From positions 7,316,001-7,380,000 of the forward strand of contig CATNEN010000034.1 in the NCBI GenBank assembly GCA_950097015.1: a stretch of 64,000 bases of DNA. Direction: 5' to 3'. Both the position numbers and the translations under genes were made by a program. This DNA comes from Macrostomum hystrix (Eukaryota; Animalia; Platyhelminthes). How positions within the stretch are numbered: position 1 is the first letter of the stretch; each line of letters begins with the position of its first letter. The notes beneath the pieces are model-generated. The model saw only the letters and a list, made by a program, of their open reading frames with translations. It made no database searches and was not told the DNA's origin. Positions 34,838 through 49,387 of the stretch are shown one piece after another.

Positions 34838-37800
34838 TTTGGACCAACATCAGAGTGAGAGAGAGTCCATGTACATCTTCGGAATCTATTTTGTGCTCAT
34901 ACGCGTATTTCTGTGACTAAAGCTCAGCAAAAATCACATCGTGTATCCATTTTGCGAGAAATATAGCTTAGTCTAGTGACTCTCATACAGACTACTCAGC
35001 AATGAGAAGTAGTATACTCGTATTCCTACATTGTCTTAAATAGGCTTCGTGTGATGACTTGCGTTCCTACTAGAACCTGTCAATATATACAAAATTAGCC
35101 CGTTGAGTATAGAATCTGAGTCCTGATAAGTAAATTCACGGCGCTTTGTTGAATTGATTTCACTCATCGAATCACATGAGATTAAGAATTATGTGATTTA
35201 TTTGTTTCACTAACCCCCTTTCGTTGTGATCGCGTGTATGCAGACTTACATATCAATAGTTATCGATATATTTTTATATCTATTGTACATTTTTTGCAGT
35301 TTCTTTTGAACCGTTGCTAAAATCTCTAATTAATCTGGCATCTTAATTTATTTCATTTTTGTAAATTATTGATAAGTTAAAACCACTATGTAATTTTTAC
35401 CGACAACAGCGACTCAGTAAATAAATTCAGCTAAAAGAGTTAAATAAAAAAGACTACTAACTTGCTCATCTTTTGTGAAAACTGCAGCTTACCAAAAAAC
35501 ACATCCGTTTTTATGAATTAAGGCTACTTTTAACAATTCATAAATCGTTACTGAGAATTTTGCTTCAGAGTAATTTTCCAACTACAAGACTACAATACTC
35601 TAGACTAATAGCCTAATGAAGTTTACCCTAGTTTTTCCTACTTTATTCGAGCTACGTACATAAATAAGACTAAAGAGTGCAGACAACAAAAGAACGTACC
35701 GTATAATTGCTACAGGTTTTGTGGTGCCGACATGTTAAAACTGTAGCTCCAGGGCGCCCTATCTATTTTATCTGCTATATGAAGAACAGTTTATGTTCGG
35801 ATTATTGACTTGAACTTACGGACTTCATGTTTATAAAGTTAACTAAAAAACTTTAAGTTAACTTAGTTAACTAAGACATGGACTAAGAAAATGAGCAGCG
35901 ATTTTTTCGTTAACTTTCGTTAAAAGTCATTGTAAGGGCGCAGCTAATATATTTGATAATATTGACAGTTTCAGTGGGGAAAATGTCTCAGGTTGGCTTA
36001 AATGTGGATTCAGATAATTGAAATTGTTTTACTCACAGCGTGTCGCCGACGTAAGATATTGATCGAGAGATGAGTGCATTTTATCTGCATTTATGTGCAT
36101 TTTATGATAATGTATTTTATTTGATAATATTTTATGCGGAGTTGTCACAGATTAACTAAGGTGACTAAGTTCGATACAGTTGAAGCCGAACTATAGAAAT
36201 ATACTATAAAATAAAGCTTTATGTGAACTCTAATAACGTAATAGGCGTTTCGGATACCTTTAGAAGTTTATAAGTTTGCGCATGCATTTGACCAAATTAA
36301 GTTTTTTCATAAACTTGATAATTGGGATTGGGCCTGGTAGTTGTAGTCGTAGACTTGTAGCTAAAGTAGCTATGTTTTCATTTACAAATAAAAAGCTAGG
36401 AATGAATGGGCAAAAAAATAAATCTTTGTAACCATGTAAATGCACATAATGTTCTCAATATATATCATTCATAATGCGTGTGATATGTATGCGGCCGATC
36501 AATTTATTATTATTATTTAATTATGGTTAGGGCCTATCGAACAACGACCATTGCTGATATTGCTTACAGGCCTCCCTGATCTAATCATGCGGGCCAGTAA
36601 GAAGGCGTGTATTTTTTGTTTACTGCTTTTCGTTACTGTTTATATTTTATTTATCCTAAGCTTGTTATTAACTTACTGATACTTTTGACTATTGAGTATT
36701 GACTAGTAAAATCTGTTGAAATTTAAAAGTAGCTAGCCTAAATAATGATAATACATGACCTAGCTATATATATATTTCCAGATTAAGCCAAATTTTTTTA
36801 GTGAACAACTGTCTCAAATCAAAGAAGACTAATATTTACATTGGCCTAGGTTCTTAACAATAAGGAAGTTCTAAACAATAGAGAAAATAGGCAATGATAA
36901 AAGGTAGCCTAGGCCTATCTGATAGCTAGCTACAATAAAATTTTCATAGTATTAAGTTTATCACTAATTACTTGCTTATTTAAGATATCAAAAAGAAACA
37001 AAAATCTTAACCAAGCTAGCACTATCAACCCTTAGCTTTGAAACCTAAAAATATGAAATAACCAACTAGGTATATATCAAGGCATTATCATGGTCCAGGG
37101 TTGCTCAGTAATGGCTCTGATATAAAAAGTAAGTATACTAGTTTACAATTAAGAACCTACTTTTCTATAGCTATAATCTATATTGTTAATGTACTTTTCT
37201 ATTGGAGTAGCACAGTAAAATTGCAGATTTAACCTACTAATATATACACTTAATATTACTTATATTTAATATATGATTTAAATATTTTTTGTTTCTAAAA
37301 ACTATATTTCTTATTTTCAGTACTAGGACCTAGCTGGTTGTAAAGAAGAATCAAAGGCCTAGCTATGTACTTTATTTTTATTTGATCACAGAAATTGTGA
37401 TGCTTTTTTATTATTTTAGGTCATTTACTGTGTCTTTTGTTGCTGGTCAAGTGGTTCTTAGTCTTATCAATATATCTAAATATACTAATTTTCACGTGTT
37501 ATTTGTCTGTGTGTGTGTGTGTGTCTGTGTGTGTGTCAGTTCGACATCTCCTCCTAGAATACTGGCAACTCAGTGTTGAAACTTATATGGGAAAATCCGA
37601 AATTTTCCGAGGAAGGCTATATGCTATTTTAATTCTGAAATTTCAAATTCTAAGATCCTCAAAAAAGCAAAATGGGAATTACATTGCTTTTAATGGGCCT
37701 TTGCTCTTTCCGCTGTGATGAAATTGGCCTCGATTAAATGAGTTGCATCAACATTTTGTGCCCATCTGTTTAGTGTATTTTCTCTCCAGTGGAGGGTTGG

Positions 37801-38107
37801 CAGTCGGTTTGAAAATGGGGCGGAAAGGTGGCCGTACGCACATTCTAACTGCCTCTGTGTATTGGCGTAGAGAGGGTGCCGTTAGTCAGTTCTATTGAGG
37901 GGTCTGATTTGTTCAATATTGAAGTGCGTACAATGGGCAGGGCAGAGTTAACTGGGTTAAAATTCAATTGATAAAATTTGCGGGCCTCTCAGTGTAGGCG
38001 GAGAAGAATGTGCTTATTACTAAAAAACTGGCTGCCCTTTGCGCTAAAGGCAATGAAATTTCAACTGTGAATTATTATTTTGCTTTTTAACATTTGAAAA
38101 GAACTGA

Positions 38108-38270
38108 GGCGATTTGAGATCAGGCAATGGGAGATGAGGCGATGGGAGATGAGGCAATAGGAGATGAGGCGATAGGAGATGAGGCAATAGGAGATGAGGC
38201 GATGGGAGATGAGGCGATGGGAGATCAGGCGGGGGAAGATCAGGCGATTGGAGATCAGGCGATGGGAGTT
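38108..38270. repeat. 15-bp minisatellite (GGAGATGAGGCGATG)
   Basis: Read directly. Confidence 0.85.
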
Positions 38271-38619
38271 CTGTCCCCTCAACCTCCTCCGGAGGAGGTG
38301 TTTAGCTCGTATATATATATTTCTTAGTCAATTAATGTTTCTTCTGTTAGGTTTTACTCACCTTAAGTTCAGAATGAATTAAATGAACTTAAATTAGTTG
38401 ATAACTTGAATACTGGTCATTATCATGATGGGCATACTCATTTTATAACTTAATTTAAATGTAAGATTTTTTTTCCATTCCAGAGACTTTCTGCTTCCCT
38501 GTTGGCAATTTTCCAATTTGCATATCAACTAAAATAAATCGACTGGCTTGTCATAATTCACTGTGCTGCTTTTTCACCAATTAAAAGAATCACTCTAATA
38601 CTCGAATTTCTAATTTGGA

Positions 38620-41600
38620 ATGTCAATCAATCTGCGTCAATTGGTCTCTAGGAAGAAGAAGCGCTATGAAGATGGCGAGTTCAACTTGGACCTGTCATAT
38701 ATCACGCCCCAGATTATCGCCATGGGATTTCCCGCCGAAACTCTTGAACGTATCTATCGCAACGATATCAGCGAGGTGGCCAGGTAACTGCTTGAAATAA
38801 TGAATCCTGCTTCTTTTAGTAGCATTGCTTTCAGATTCTAAAGAAAAGAAAAACTATAGTCCTATCCTACATAAAAATCCTCATTTCCCCTCAGACCCCA
38901 CATAGAAAAAGCCTCATATCGCCTTAACTAAAACTCCCATATCAAATTTTAGGAAAGTAGTTTAAATCCTTTAATAAACTGCTAAAAGCCAGAACAAATC
39001 AGAATCTCGACTTCTTGTTTCACAATTAAGCGGAATCTAGTATCTCCCTATTCCCTAGTTCCAGTCTTTGAGACCACGTGGATTTGTACTTTTACGTCCC
39101 AACGTCTTTAGCGCACCTAATCGACAATTTTTTTAATTTACTACCCTTGGCGCTGAGGTGATTGAAAGGACTTTCTCATGTTCTCTTCTTATCTGTCTCT
39201 CTCTACCTTAGATTGGCACTTGACACTTTATTAGTCATTATTTACTTGTCCGGAGCAGATAAGGTTCGGCCTACCGACTGGCGACTAAAAGTACACTGTT
39301 AGGTGTATGAGTCGTTTTCTATTCGCCAGAAAAAAATTCTTGAAAAGATAAATAAGTTATTTAATTAATAGTTTTTTATTATTATTACTATATATTCATT
39401 TTAAAGAAAGGTACCACATATCTCTCTTAGTTGAACCCTTTGCATTGCGTTGCGACAGTGTGTGTGTTCTGTTAAAGTGCGCATAGATTTCAAGCCTAGG
39501 ACATTCTTTATCTAGTCGTAGAAATGATATTTTTTCGTTCCTAGGCTTGCCTCTTTCATTGCAGCGGTGTGCTAATTGTGGCCTCTTTCCTCTCTGCTTC
39601 GGCAGAGGCATAAACCCTCCCTCTCGAGTCTCGCTCAGTCGTTCTGTCTCTGTCTCCCTGAACACCATGTTTCATTCGCCGGCGTCAGGTATATAGCAAG
39701 CCCACGTCACTACCCGCCCACAAATGGCGCAGGTTTATAATTTGCACTTTGTAGAATTCGCAGTGTTCTCTACCTAAAATCGTTAATAGGCTCTCTTGTG
39801 GAATCTTAATTTGCGGGGACTAGAGTAAGAAAAATATGGCTAATGTACTGTCTATCTGCGTCAGCTTTCTGCATATCTATCCTCCTACAGCGCATCTATA
39901 TGTCTACCTACATATCTACATATAAATTTATACCTACATTGGCTACATATCTTTCTAAATGTATACCTACATATCTGTCTAGATATCTACCTACATATCT
40001 GTACAGATGTCTACCTACATATCTCTCTAGATGTCTACCTAAATATCTATCTAAATGTCTACCTACATATCTATCTAGACGTCTACCTTCTTATCTGCCC
40101 GCAAGTCTATCTTCTTACACGAGCTGTATCTACAAACGCTATTATATTTCTTTCTGCATGCGTATCTAAAAACACGCCTGAGGGGGGTCGGTGGCAGAGC
40201 GGTTAAGCCGCTCTACCACGGTCCCTAAGTTCGATTCCACGGCGAGGCCACATTTATATGGGGCGCAGCCGCGGAGAGAAGGCTTGGGGGCTTGTCGTGC
40301 AATTTACGTCCTTGAGGGCCAACCTCCAGGGCACAGTGAGAGTGTACACTGCCTGACGATGAGAAAGTCAGGGCAGGTGTACACACCTGTATGAGTGTGT
40401 GCCTGAGTACAGTATCAGTGTGCGTGTGTGCTCAGGAGTCAGCGAAATGGGCAGAATTGCCTCCTCGCTGGCTGCGAGTCTAGTAACACCAAATGATGTG
40501 CCATTGCCCGCAGCCCTCCTGAAATTATTATTATATTATACTTGTCTACCTACCAAACCAATCTACCTATCATTAATCTAAATGTCTACCCTCGTGCTTA
40601 TTTCTGAAGGAAGTATGTTTTGTGTTAAATATATATCCACCTGTCTATATGCTTAGCTACGTATCTATCTACCCACCTGTCTTGTCGCATAAGCGGCATT
40701 TATTTCTAGAATCTTTCAATGGAGTTTAGATCCTTTTAGAATAATTTATACTTAATGAAGGAATTATAATTTTCACACCATATACCATTTCTGCTTAGCT
40801 TCAAATCGAATAATTAATTACTATTCGCCATGCTGCATTGATGGACTTTGTCTAGTTCGCAGCAGTGCACTTTTCGCCTCTCCTCTGTCTTGCCCTTATT
40901 GGCATTTCATAGCAGCCACTGGTTCTATGCCTTGCATATCTGTGTACAATTTATTCTATGGGCGCTCTTTTGTGTTCACTCAGCACCTCTCTGGCCCTTT
41001 CGCTCTGTTTTCAAGACAAGAAAACCAGTTTAAACCGGCTTGTGGCCCCTCAAACTGGCTTAATGAATTTATCGACTTCTAGAGTCCCACGCGTGTGTTG
41101 AGTTTTCCAATTGAATGTGGTTTCGCGGATGCCCGAGCAATTTAATCCTCTTTTGCTTGCTTCCTCTCCGCGTATTTTAACTGTCTTTTGATGTCTGCTG
41201 TGTTTATTCCGATTTGTTTTGTTTAAAAATCCTAAAATAAGCCGTCAAACGAAGTTGTGATTAGTCTTTGTGTTTTGGTTCTTTTAGCGCATTTTATTCC
41301 TTGTAGATTCCTCGAAGCTCACCATTCGGATCGCTACAAGGTCTACAATCTGTGAGCAAAACATGACTGTTCAGTTTTTGACTCACTCTCTCTCTACTCA
41401 AATCCCTCTCCCCTCTCCCTACTAGAATCCTTCTCCCTACTCAAATCCCTCTCCCTACTCAAATACCTCTCCCTACTCAAATACCTCTCCCTACTCGAAT
41501 CCCTCTCCCTACTCGAATCCCTCTCCCTACTCGAATCCCTCTACCTACTCGAATCCCTCTACCTACTCGAATCCCTCTACCTACTCGAATCCCTCTACCT

Positions 41601-44078
41601 ACTCGAATCCCTCTACCTACTCGAATCCCTCTACCTACTCGAATCCCTCTACCTACTCAAATCCCTCTCCCTACTCAAATCCCTCTACCTACTCGAATCC
41701 CTGTACCTACTCGAATCCCTCTACCTACTCAAATCCCTCTACCTACTCGAATCCCTCTACCTACTCGAATCCCTGTACCTACTCGAATCCCTCTACCTAC
41801 TCGAATCCCTCTCCCTACTCAAATCCCTCTACCTACTCAAATCCCTCTACCTACTCGAATCCCTCTACCTACTCAAATCCCTCTCCCTACTCAAATCCCT
41901 CTACCTACTCGAATCCCTGTACCTACTCGAATCCCTCTACCTACTCGAATCCCTCTACCTACTCGAATCCCTCTACCTACTCGAATCCCTCTCCCCTCTC
42001 CCTACTAGAATCCTACTCCCTACTCAAATCCCTCTCCCTACTCGAATCCCTCTCCCTACTCAAATCCCTCTCCCTACTAGAATCCTTCTCCCTACTCAAA
42101 TCCCTCTCCCTACTCGAATGCCTCTCCCTACTCAAATCCCTCTACCTACTCGAATCCCTCTACCTACTCGAATCCCTCTACCTACTCAAATCCCTCTCCC
42201 TACTCAAATCCCTCTACCTACTCGAATCCCTGTACCTACTCGAATCCCTCTCCCTACTCGAATCCCTCTACCTACTCAAATCCCTCTACCTACTCGAATC
42301 CCTGTACCTACTCGAATCCCTCTACCTACTCGAATCCCTCTACCTACTCGAATCCCTCTCCCTACTCAAATCCCTCTCCCTACTAGAATCCTACTCCCTA
42401 CTCAAATCCCTCTCCCTACTCGAATCCCTCTCCCTACTCAAATCCCTCTCCCTACTCGAATCCCTCTCCCTACTCAAATCCCTCTCCCCTCTCCCTACTA
42501 GAATCCTACTCCCTACTCGAATCCCTGTACCTACTCGAATCCCTCTACCTACTCGAATCCCTCTACCTACTCGAATCCCTCTACCTACTCAAATCCCTCT
42601 CCCCTCTCCCTACTAGAATCCTACTCCCTACTCAAATCCTACTCCCTACTCGAATCCCTCTCCCTACTCAAATCCCTCTCCCTACTCGAATCCCTCTCCC
42701 TACTCAAATCCCTCTACCTACTCAAATCCCTCTCCCTACTCAAATCCCTCTACCTACTCGAATCCCTGTACCTACTCGAATCCCTCTACCTACTCGAATC
42801 CCTCTCCCTACTCAAATCCCTCTCCCCTCTCCCTACTAGAATCCTACTCCCTACTCAAATCCCTCTCCCTACTCGAATCCCTCTCCCTACTCAAATCCCT
42901 CTCCATACTAGAATCCTTCTCCCTACTAGAATCCTTCTCCCTACTCAAATCCCTCTCCCTACTCGAATGCCTCTCCCTACTCAAATCCCTCTACCTACTC
43001 GAATCCCTCTACCTACTCGAATCCCTCTACCTACTCAAATCCCTCTCCCTACTCAAATCCCTCTACCTACTCGAATCCCTGTACCTACTCGAATCCCTCT
43101 CCCTACTCGAATCCCTCTACCTACTCAAATCCCTCTACCTACTCGAATCCCTGTACCTACTCGAATCCCTCTACCTACTCGAATCCCTCTACCTACTCGA
43201 ATCCCTCTCCCTACTCAAATCCCTCTCCCCTCTCCCTACTAGAATCCTACTCCCTACTCAAATCCCTCTCCCTACTCAAATCCCTCTCCATACTAGAATC
43301 CTTCTCCCTACTAGAATCCTTCTCCCTACTCAAATCCCTCTCCCTACTCAAATCCCTCTCCCTACTCAAATCCCTCTCCATACTAGAATCCTTCTCCCTA
43401 CTCAAATCCCTCTACCTACTCGAATCCCTCTCCCTACTCAAATCCCTCTACCTACTCGAATCCCTCTACCTACTCGAATCCCTCTACCTACTCAAATCCC
43501 TCTCCCTACTCAAATCCCTCTACCTACTCGAATCCCTGTACCTACTCGAATCCCTCTCCCTACTCGAATCCCTCTACCTACTCGAATCCCTCTACCTACT
43601 CGAATCCCTCTACCTACTCGAATCCCTCTACCTACTCAAATCCCTCTACCTACTCGAATCCCTCTACCTACTCAAATCCCTCTCCCTACTCGAATCCCTC
43701 TTCCTACTCGAATCCCTCTACCTACTCGAATCCCTCTCCCTACTCGAATCCCTCTACCTACTCGAATCCATTTTCCTACTCGAATCCCTTTTCCTACTCA
43801 AATCCCTCTCCTACTCAAATCCCTCTCTTGCTTAGATATTTAGCAAGGCATGCCTTTCATAGAAGTGGCATTACACCAAGCATCTCCCACTGTTTGCAGC
43901 TGCGCCGAGCGGTCCTACAATCACGCCCGCTTCAAAGATCGCGTGGAACAATTCGGCATGCAGGACCACAACCCGCCTCTGATTCACACCATCCCTTATT
44001 TCTGCAAGTCTGTCTACAAATGGCTGCAGTCCGGCAAGGACTATGTGGCGGCCATTCACTGCAAGGCTGGCAAGGTTC

Positions 44079-44128
<50 letters not shown>

Positions 44129-44166
44129 TCTGTCTGTCTGTCTGTCTGTTCTGTCTGTCTGTCTGT

Positions 44167-44227
<61 letters not shown>

Positions 44228-44265
44228 CTGTCTGTTCTGTCTGTCTGTCTGTCTGTCTGTCTGAC

Positions 44266-44298
<33 letters not shown>

Positions 44299-47200
44299 CC
44301 CGTGAATATTCATATCCAAAAGCCCCGCCTGTGACTGCAGGGCCGCACGGGTGTGATGATCTCCTGCTATCTGTTGTACGAAAGCTATCAGGGCATACAC
44401 GACAATCCGCCGACCTACCTGACCGCTGATGACGTGCTGGACTTGTACGACAAACAGCGCACACACAACGGAAAGGTACCATTTTATAAAACAACATTTC
44501 GTGCTTAAATTACACTAATCATTTCAGTTCATCTGGTAGGTGCATGCGAACTTCTTATTTTGAATCAGGCACGCAAACAGACGCTGTTCCCTAGAGCAAT
44601 CTAGCGGGTGTCATACATCCCCGCCTCTCAGACGAACCCTCTAGCGGCCATTACAGTCTACCTGCCATGTCATTCATTTATTTTCTCTAAGACACCCTGC
44701 TACTTCAGTATATACACGTCTGTGTACGTACAGTATTCCGTTGCTGCAAAGCCCGTGCCCTTTATGGGCTGGTCAAGACCCTCGATTCACGCCACTGCTA
44801 TCCGACTATTCGTCTCTCCTTTCTTAGTCTCTTTGACTGTCTGCTTCGACTAGTTTGCACTATTCCTATATTCCTATCTTTATTCCACTAGGCTGCTATG
44901 TAGCTAGATTTTCTTTGCAACACTTGTCACATTTCTGCTCTGTGACGAGAAATTATGCTGCATTTAATTACTGTCTGCATTTCTAGGCTAGCTGTTTGGC
45001 ATTAAAATGTAATCCTTAGTGAGTCCCTATCTTATTAGTCACTACCATGGAACTTAAAGTTACTTTGGGTTTAAAAATTAGTGCAACTTATATTGCATTA
45101 TTGGTATATGTAAAACATTTGTTGGTAGTATAAAGGATTTCTTAAATGAGTCTTCTCGATTAGGAATTCCTTGCTCAAATATTTCCTGAAATTCCTTTTT
45201 CTTTTTCTTCTACTAGGATTTCAGTGCTCGAGTCCCCATCGCGACTCACCAATTAGAATTTCCCGACTGGAATGCCACATAAAAAATATTTTTAGAATCA
45301 CCACAATATAGCTTCCTACTGTGTTTAGGATTCCCCTACAACGACTCCCTACTATACTACGATTCTCCAATGGGATTCCCCTATAGGGATTCCTCTACTG
45401 AGACTTCCTACTGGGACTCCCCTACTGGGATTCCCCTGCTGGGATTCCCCTACTGGGATACCCCTACTAGGATTTCCATACTGAAATACCCTAAGTGATA
45501 TTCCCCGTATCGGTATCTGTCCCATTTATTTCCCTATTAGGACTTCCTCTCCTCTTTGCAGACTGTATACCTTTTAGACTGGTTTTATTGCAGCCATCGT
45601 AAATCCAAACCGTCTCTCCGGCCCACAGGGTGTGACTATTCCTTCGCAGCGCCGCTACGTGTATTACTACGCGCACACCCTGCGCCACAGCCTGTCAGTG
45701 GAGAGCTGCCCCTTGGTGCTGCACTCCATCACCCTGGAGGGCGGCCAGCCGGTTATTCCGCCCAGCGGCGGCTGCTCCCTGATGTTCCGCTGCAAGAAGC
45801 TGGTGCGCGACTGTCACCAGGATAATCGAAGCACGCATCGGCCGATTGGCGCCTCCGAGGTCGGCGAGGCCAGGAGCGGCCAGGCTAGCATTGTGCTGAA
45901 GCCCGCAGCACCCATTCCTGTTAATGGCGACGTTAAGGTTCTGTTTTATCAGCGAAGCCTGAATCGATTGTCGAGATACGACAAGATATTTCACTGCTGG
46001 TTTAACACCTTCTTCGTTGTCAATCAACCCAGCGACACGCCCGGAGCTCGATGGCGTCAGGAGCGCGGCCTAGATGACGGCTACGCTGCCGCGGCTGCAG
46101 TCACGGAGTCAGATGGCGGCAACGTCGGGCATCGAGATATCTATCTGACGCTGACAAAAGCGGAGCTCGACAAGGCCTGCAAGGATCGACTCTTGCCGGA
46201 AACATTCTCGGTAGTGACTCACTGCTTCACAGGTCTTTTGTGTCCTGCAATATTCAGTCCCAAATAATCCTCGTCCATTCGCTTTATGAAAACGATAATA
46301 ACTGCAGGAGGGCTGCGGGCAATGGCACATAATTTGGTGACACTATAGACACGCAGCAAGCGAGGATGCAATTCTGCCCATTTCGCTGACTCCTGAGCAC
46401 ACACGCACACAGTTTCATCTGCCCTGACTTACTCATCGTCAGGCAGTGTACATCCTCACTGTGCCTAGGAGGTTGGTCCTCAAGGACGCGAATTGCACGA
46501 CAAACCACCAAGCTTTCTCTCTGCGGCTGCGCCCCAAATAAAAGTAGCCTTGCCACGGAATCGAGCTCAGGACCTTGGCGCGAGAGTCAACCGCTCTGCC
46601 ACTGACTCCCATCCATTCGCTTTGGATTAACTCTTTACTCAGATGCCAGATTATCCGACTAATCTAACTGGGATCCGATTTTTCCCATTATATCCCAGTT
46701 TATCCGTATACTGCTGTGATAAATGTCTCAAGCATTTCCCTATTCTTCCTAGTTTCGATCCTAAGTTTATCCTAGATTATCTATCCTAGTTTCTGACTTT
46801 ATCTCAATTAATCACGATTTTATCCATGTTTATCTCAGTTTATCCCAATTTAACACAACTTTATCTCAGTTTGTCCCAATTCAACCAAGTTTATCTCAGT
46901 TTATCCCAACTCAATTCAAGTTTATCTCAGTTTATCCCAACTCAACCCAAGCTTATCTCAGTTTATCCCAATTCCATTCAAATTTATCTCAGCTTATCCA
47001 ATTCAGCTATCCTAGTTTATCCCAGTCCATTCAGTTTATAGCATATCTCCTGTTGCGCAGGCCACTCTGAGATTCTCGGTGCCGGAGAGCCACTCGGACG
47101 ACGACGACGCGTCCGGTCCCTATCGATCGTTCGCCTATACTCCGCAGGCCACTGGAGCTGCGGCCGCAGCAGCGGCGGCGTCGGCGGCGGCGGCTTCAGC

Positions 47201-47372
47201 AGCGGCGATGGCTTCAGAAGCTGCTGGAGGCTTGGATGATGTTGGCACAGAGGAAGAAGGCCAGCTTCAGCCTCAGCAGCACCAGCCGTGGTCTTCGTCG
47301 TCTTGCTCATCTCAGACGGACGATTCAGAATCTGAGAAGGCGCCCCAGCAACAAGAGGAGCGTCATTCCTAG
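38620..47372 (+). CDS. PTEN: PTEN lipid/protein phosphatase, 470 aa. Exons 38620-38783, 41307-41351, 43900-44074, 44341-44475, 45629-46210, 47061-47372
   Basis: [16 protein letters not shown]...[25 protein letters not shown]-loop, [15 protein letters not shown]2 domain, acidic tail. All joins are GT-AG and phase-consistent; 1413 nt total. Confidence 0.96.
39890..40090. repeat. Degenerate TACCTACATATCT(G/C)TCTAGA-type repeat in PTEN intron 1
   Basis: Read directly. Confidence 0.7.
40180..40540 (+). mobile_element. tRNA-derived SINE, copy 1 (PTEN intron 1)
   Basis: A box TGGCAGAGCGG (40192), B box GTTCGATTCC (40229), body shared with 46286-46611 and 59035-59355, (ATT)n tail. Confidence 0.88.
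41390..43826. repeat. 18-bp minisatellite (CCTACTCGAATCCCTCTA) filling PTEN intron 2
   Basis: Read directly. The GAATGCCTCT variant recurs 849 bp apart, indicating block duplication. Confidence 0.96.
44079..44298. repeat. (TCTG)n microsatellite filling PTEN intron 3
   Basis: Read directly. Confidence 0.95.
46286..46611 (-). mobile_element. tRNA-derived SINE, copy 2 (PTEN intron 5), with a 12-bp target-site duplication
   Basis: Reverse-complement A and B boxes at the right end. TCCATTCGCTTT at 46274-46285 and 46612-46623. Confidence 0.88.
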
Positions 47373-48344
47373 CAGCTTCGGTTGTCCCTCGTATTGTTGA
47401 AACTGGAAAGCTGTCAGGCTTCTTTCTCGGTCTTCTTGTTGGTTTCTCATAAACTGCTGCTGTTTCTTATTCTTTAAGTCTACCAGTTACAAAAAAGAAA
47501 GCTAGACATATGGATTGCAGATGGATTTCGTTCAATTGCATTTCTAGTAATAAAGAATTGCATATATGTCTATATGTCATATCCGTATATCTATTTATTT
47601 CTAGCTGTAGAGATTTGTTATTTGTTATATTTTTTTTCTTCAAAATAGGTGATTTCTTAGATTTCGTTTCTGAATCACGTGACCGGAGTGGAGTGAGGCG
47701 GGTGTCAATTTTGTCCGTAGGGCTTTGAAAAAAAGCTGTTTCAAAATCGGACAGAATTCTTAGAACAAGCCGCCCTGTTTTTAAACCGAGCTTTTATGCA
47801 TGATTTTTCTGCTCATTTACTATCTCCGTGTTAGTTTATCTCTTCTGTCGCTGTATTTTAAATGCCATTTATACGCGTTGCAGCCTACTTGTTCGAGTAG
47901 CTGCATAGTAAATTTTCTAACTCATAATGGTTTTTATAAAAGAGCTTTTGAATAATAACATAAAATTCAAGTGTTTGCGTTCAATCTAGGCCTGAGTTAC
48001 ACACAAACAGCAGAGAATTTGGCGCTTGCTTTAGTGAAACATTTATTGTGCTCTTTATTCTGCTAGTATTATCTACTATTGCCATAATAGTAATTCATAA
48101 GGTACTTGGCATGGCATGCAAAACTATTTTTTAGAATCCAATTTTTGCAAATAAATTGCACTACGTCGCTGTGTTTATTGTTGATTTTAAACTTTGTTTT
48201 ACTGCCAGAAGCGTGCTTTTTTGTTAATTAAGAAATCTTTTATTGAAAAACTAAATGACTAAGTCCAGTATCCATGGTAGCTAAAACTGCATCGAGAGTT
48301 ATGGTCAGAAACGTAGCAGAAACTTTAAATTAATCCCAGTCTTA

Positions 48345-48880
48345 ATCGGAATCTTCGCACTAGGAATCTTATCTAGAATCGCAGCAGGAATCTTATCTAG
48401 AATCGCAGCAGGAATCTTATCTAAAATCGCAGCAGGAATTGCATCTAGAATCGCAGCAGGAATCTTATATAGTATCGCAGAAGAAATCTTATCTAGAATC
48501 GCAGCAGGAATCTTATATAGTATCGCAGAAGAAATCTTATCTAGAATCGCACCAGGAATCTTATCTAGAATCACAACAGGAATATTATCTAGAATCGCAG
48601 CAGGAATCTTATCTAGAATCGCTGCAGGAATCTTATCTAGAATCGCAGCAAGAATCTTATCTAGAATCACAGCAGGAATCTTATATAGAATCGCAGCAGG
48701 AATCTTAAATAGAATCGCAGAAGGAATCTTATATAGAATCACAGCAGGAATCTTATATAGAATCGCAGCAAGAGCTTTCACTAGAATCGCAGCAGGGAAT
48801 CTTAACTAGAATCGCAGCAGGGAATCGCATCTGGAATCGCAGCAGCAATCTTATATAGAATCGCAGTAGGAAACTTACCC
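48345..48880. repeat. 24-bp minisatellite (TAGAATCGCAGCAGGAATCTTATC)
   Basis: Read directly. Confidence 0.93.
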
Positions 48881-49387
48881 AGAGTCTAAGTGTAAGATTT
48901 TTCTAGACAAACTCCTGGAGCTTAGCTAAGAGCGTCCATGGCTGGCTGGCTGAGCTTCACAGAGGCTTTGAGGGTTTACTGGATTTGTTATCCGTTTCCG
49001 ATATTCCGTATTGATTTTTATGCCGCAAACTGATTGCTTGTAGAATTTTCTGACTTCAGTGTCTAATCTTTGTCTCGCTTCTAAAGCTATTTAGTAGTAT
49101 TACTTTTGTGAAATTTCTCAGCGTTTCTTCGATTCTCTTTTGTATTGTACAAGTCATGTACGAGCATTGTGCAATTGTGTCCAATTATTTCTCTGTGTAC
49201 CGTATTGTTCAAACTTGTCCAAATAAACTTTAGCACCAATGAGCTATTTTAATATAGCTGCTAGCTATTGTATGTCATGCTTGCTTCAAACGTTTTTAAA
49301 TTTAACTCTAGTGTACCAATGTACCCTGGTGTACCAATAATGACTCACTTTATTTACCTGTGTTTCTATTATTGAATAAGAATTCAA

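Noticed and set aside
35708-35750. Small hairpin GCTACAG...CTGTAGC as a pre-miRNA
   Set aside because: Stem too short and no family resemblance.
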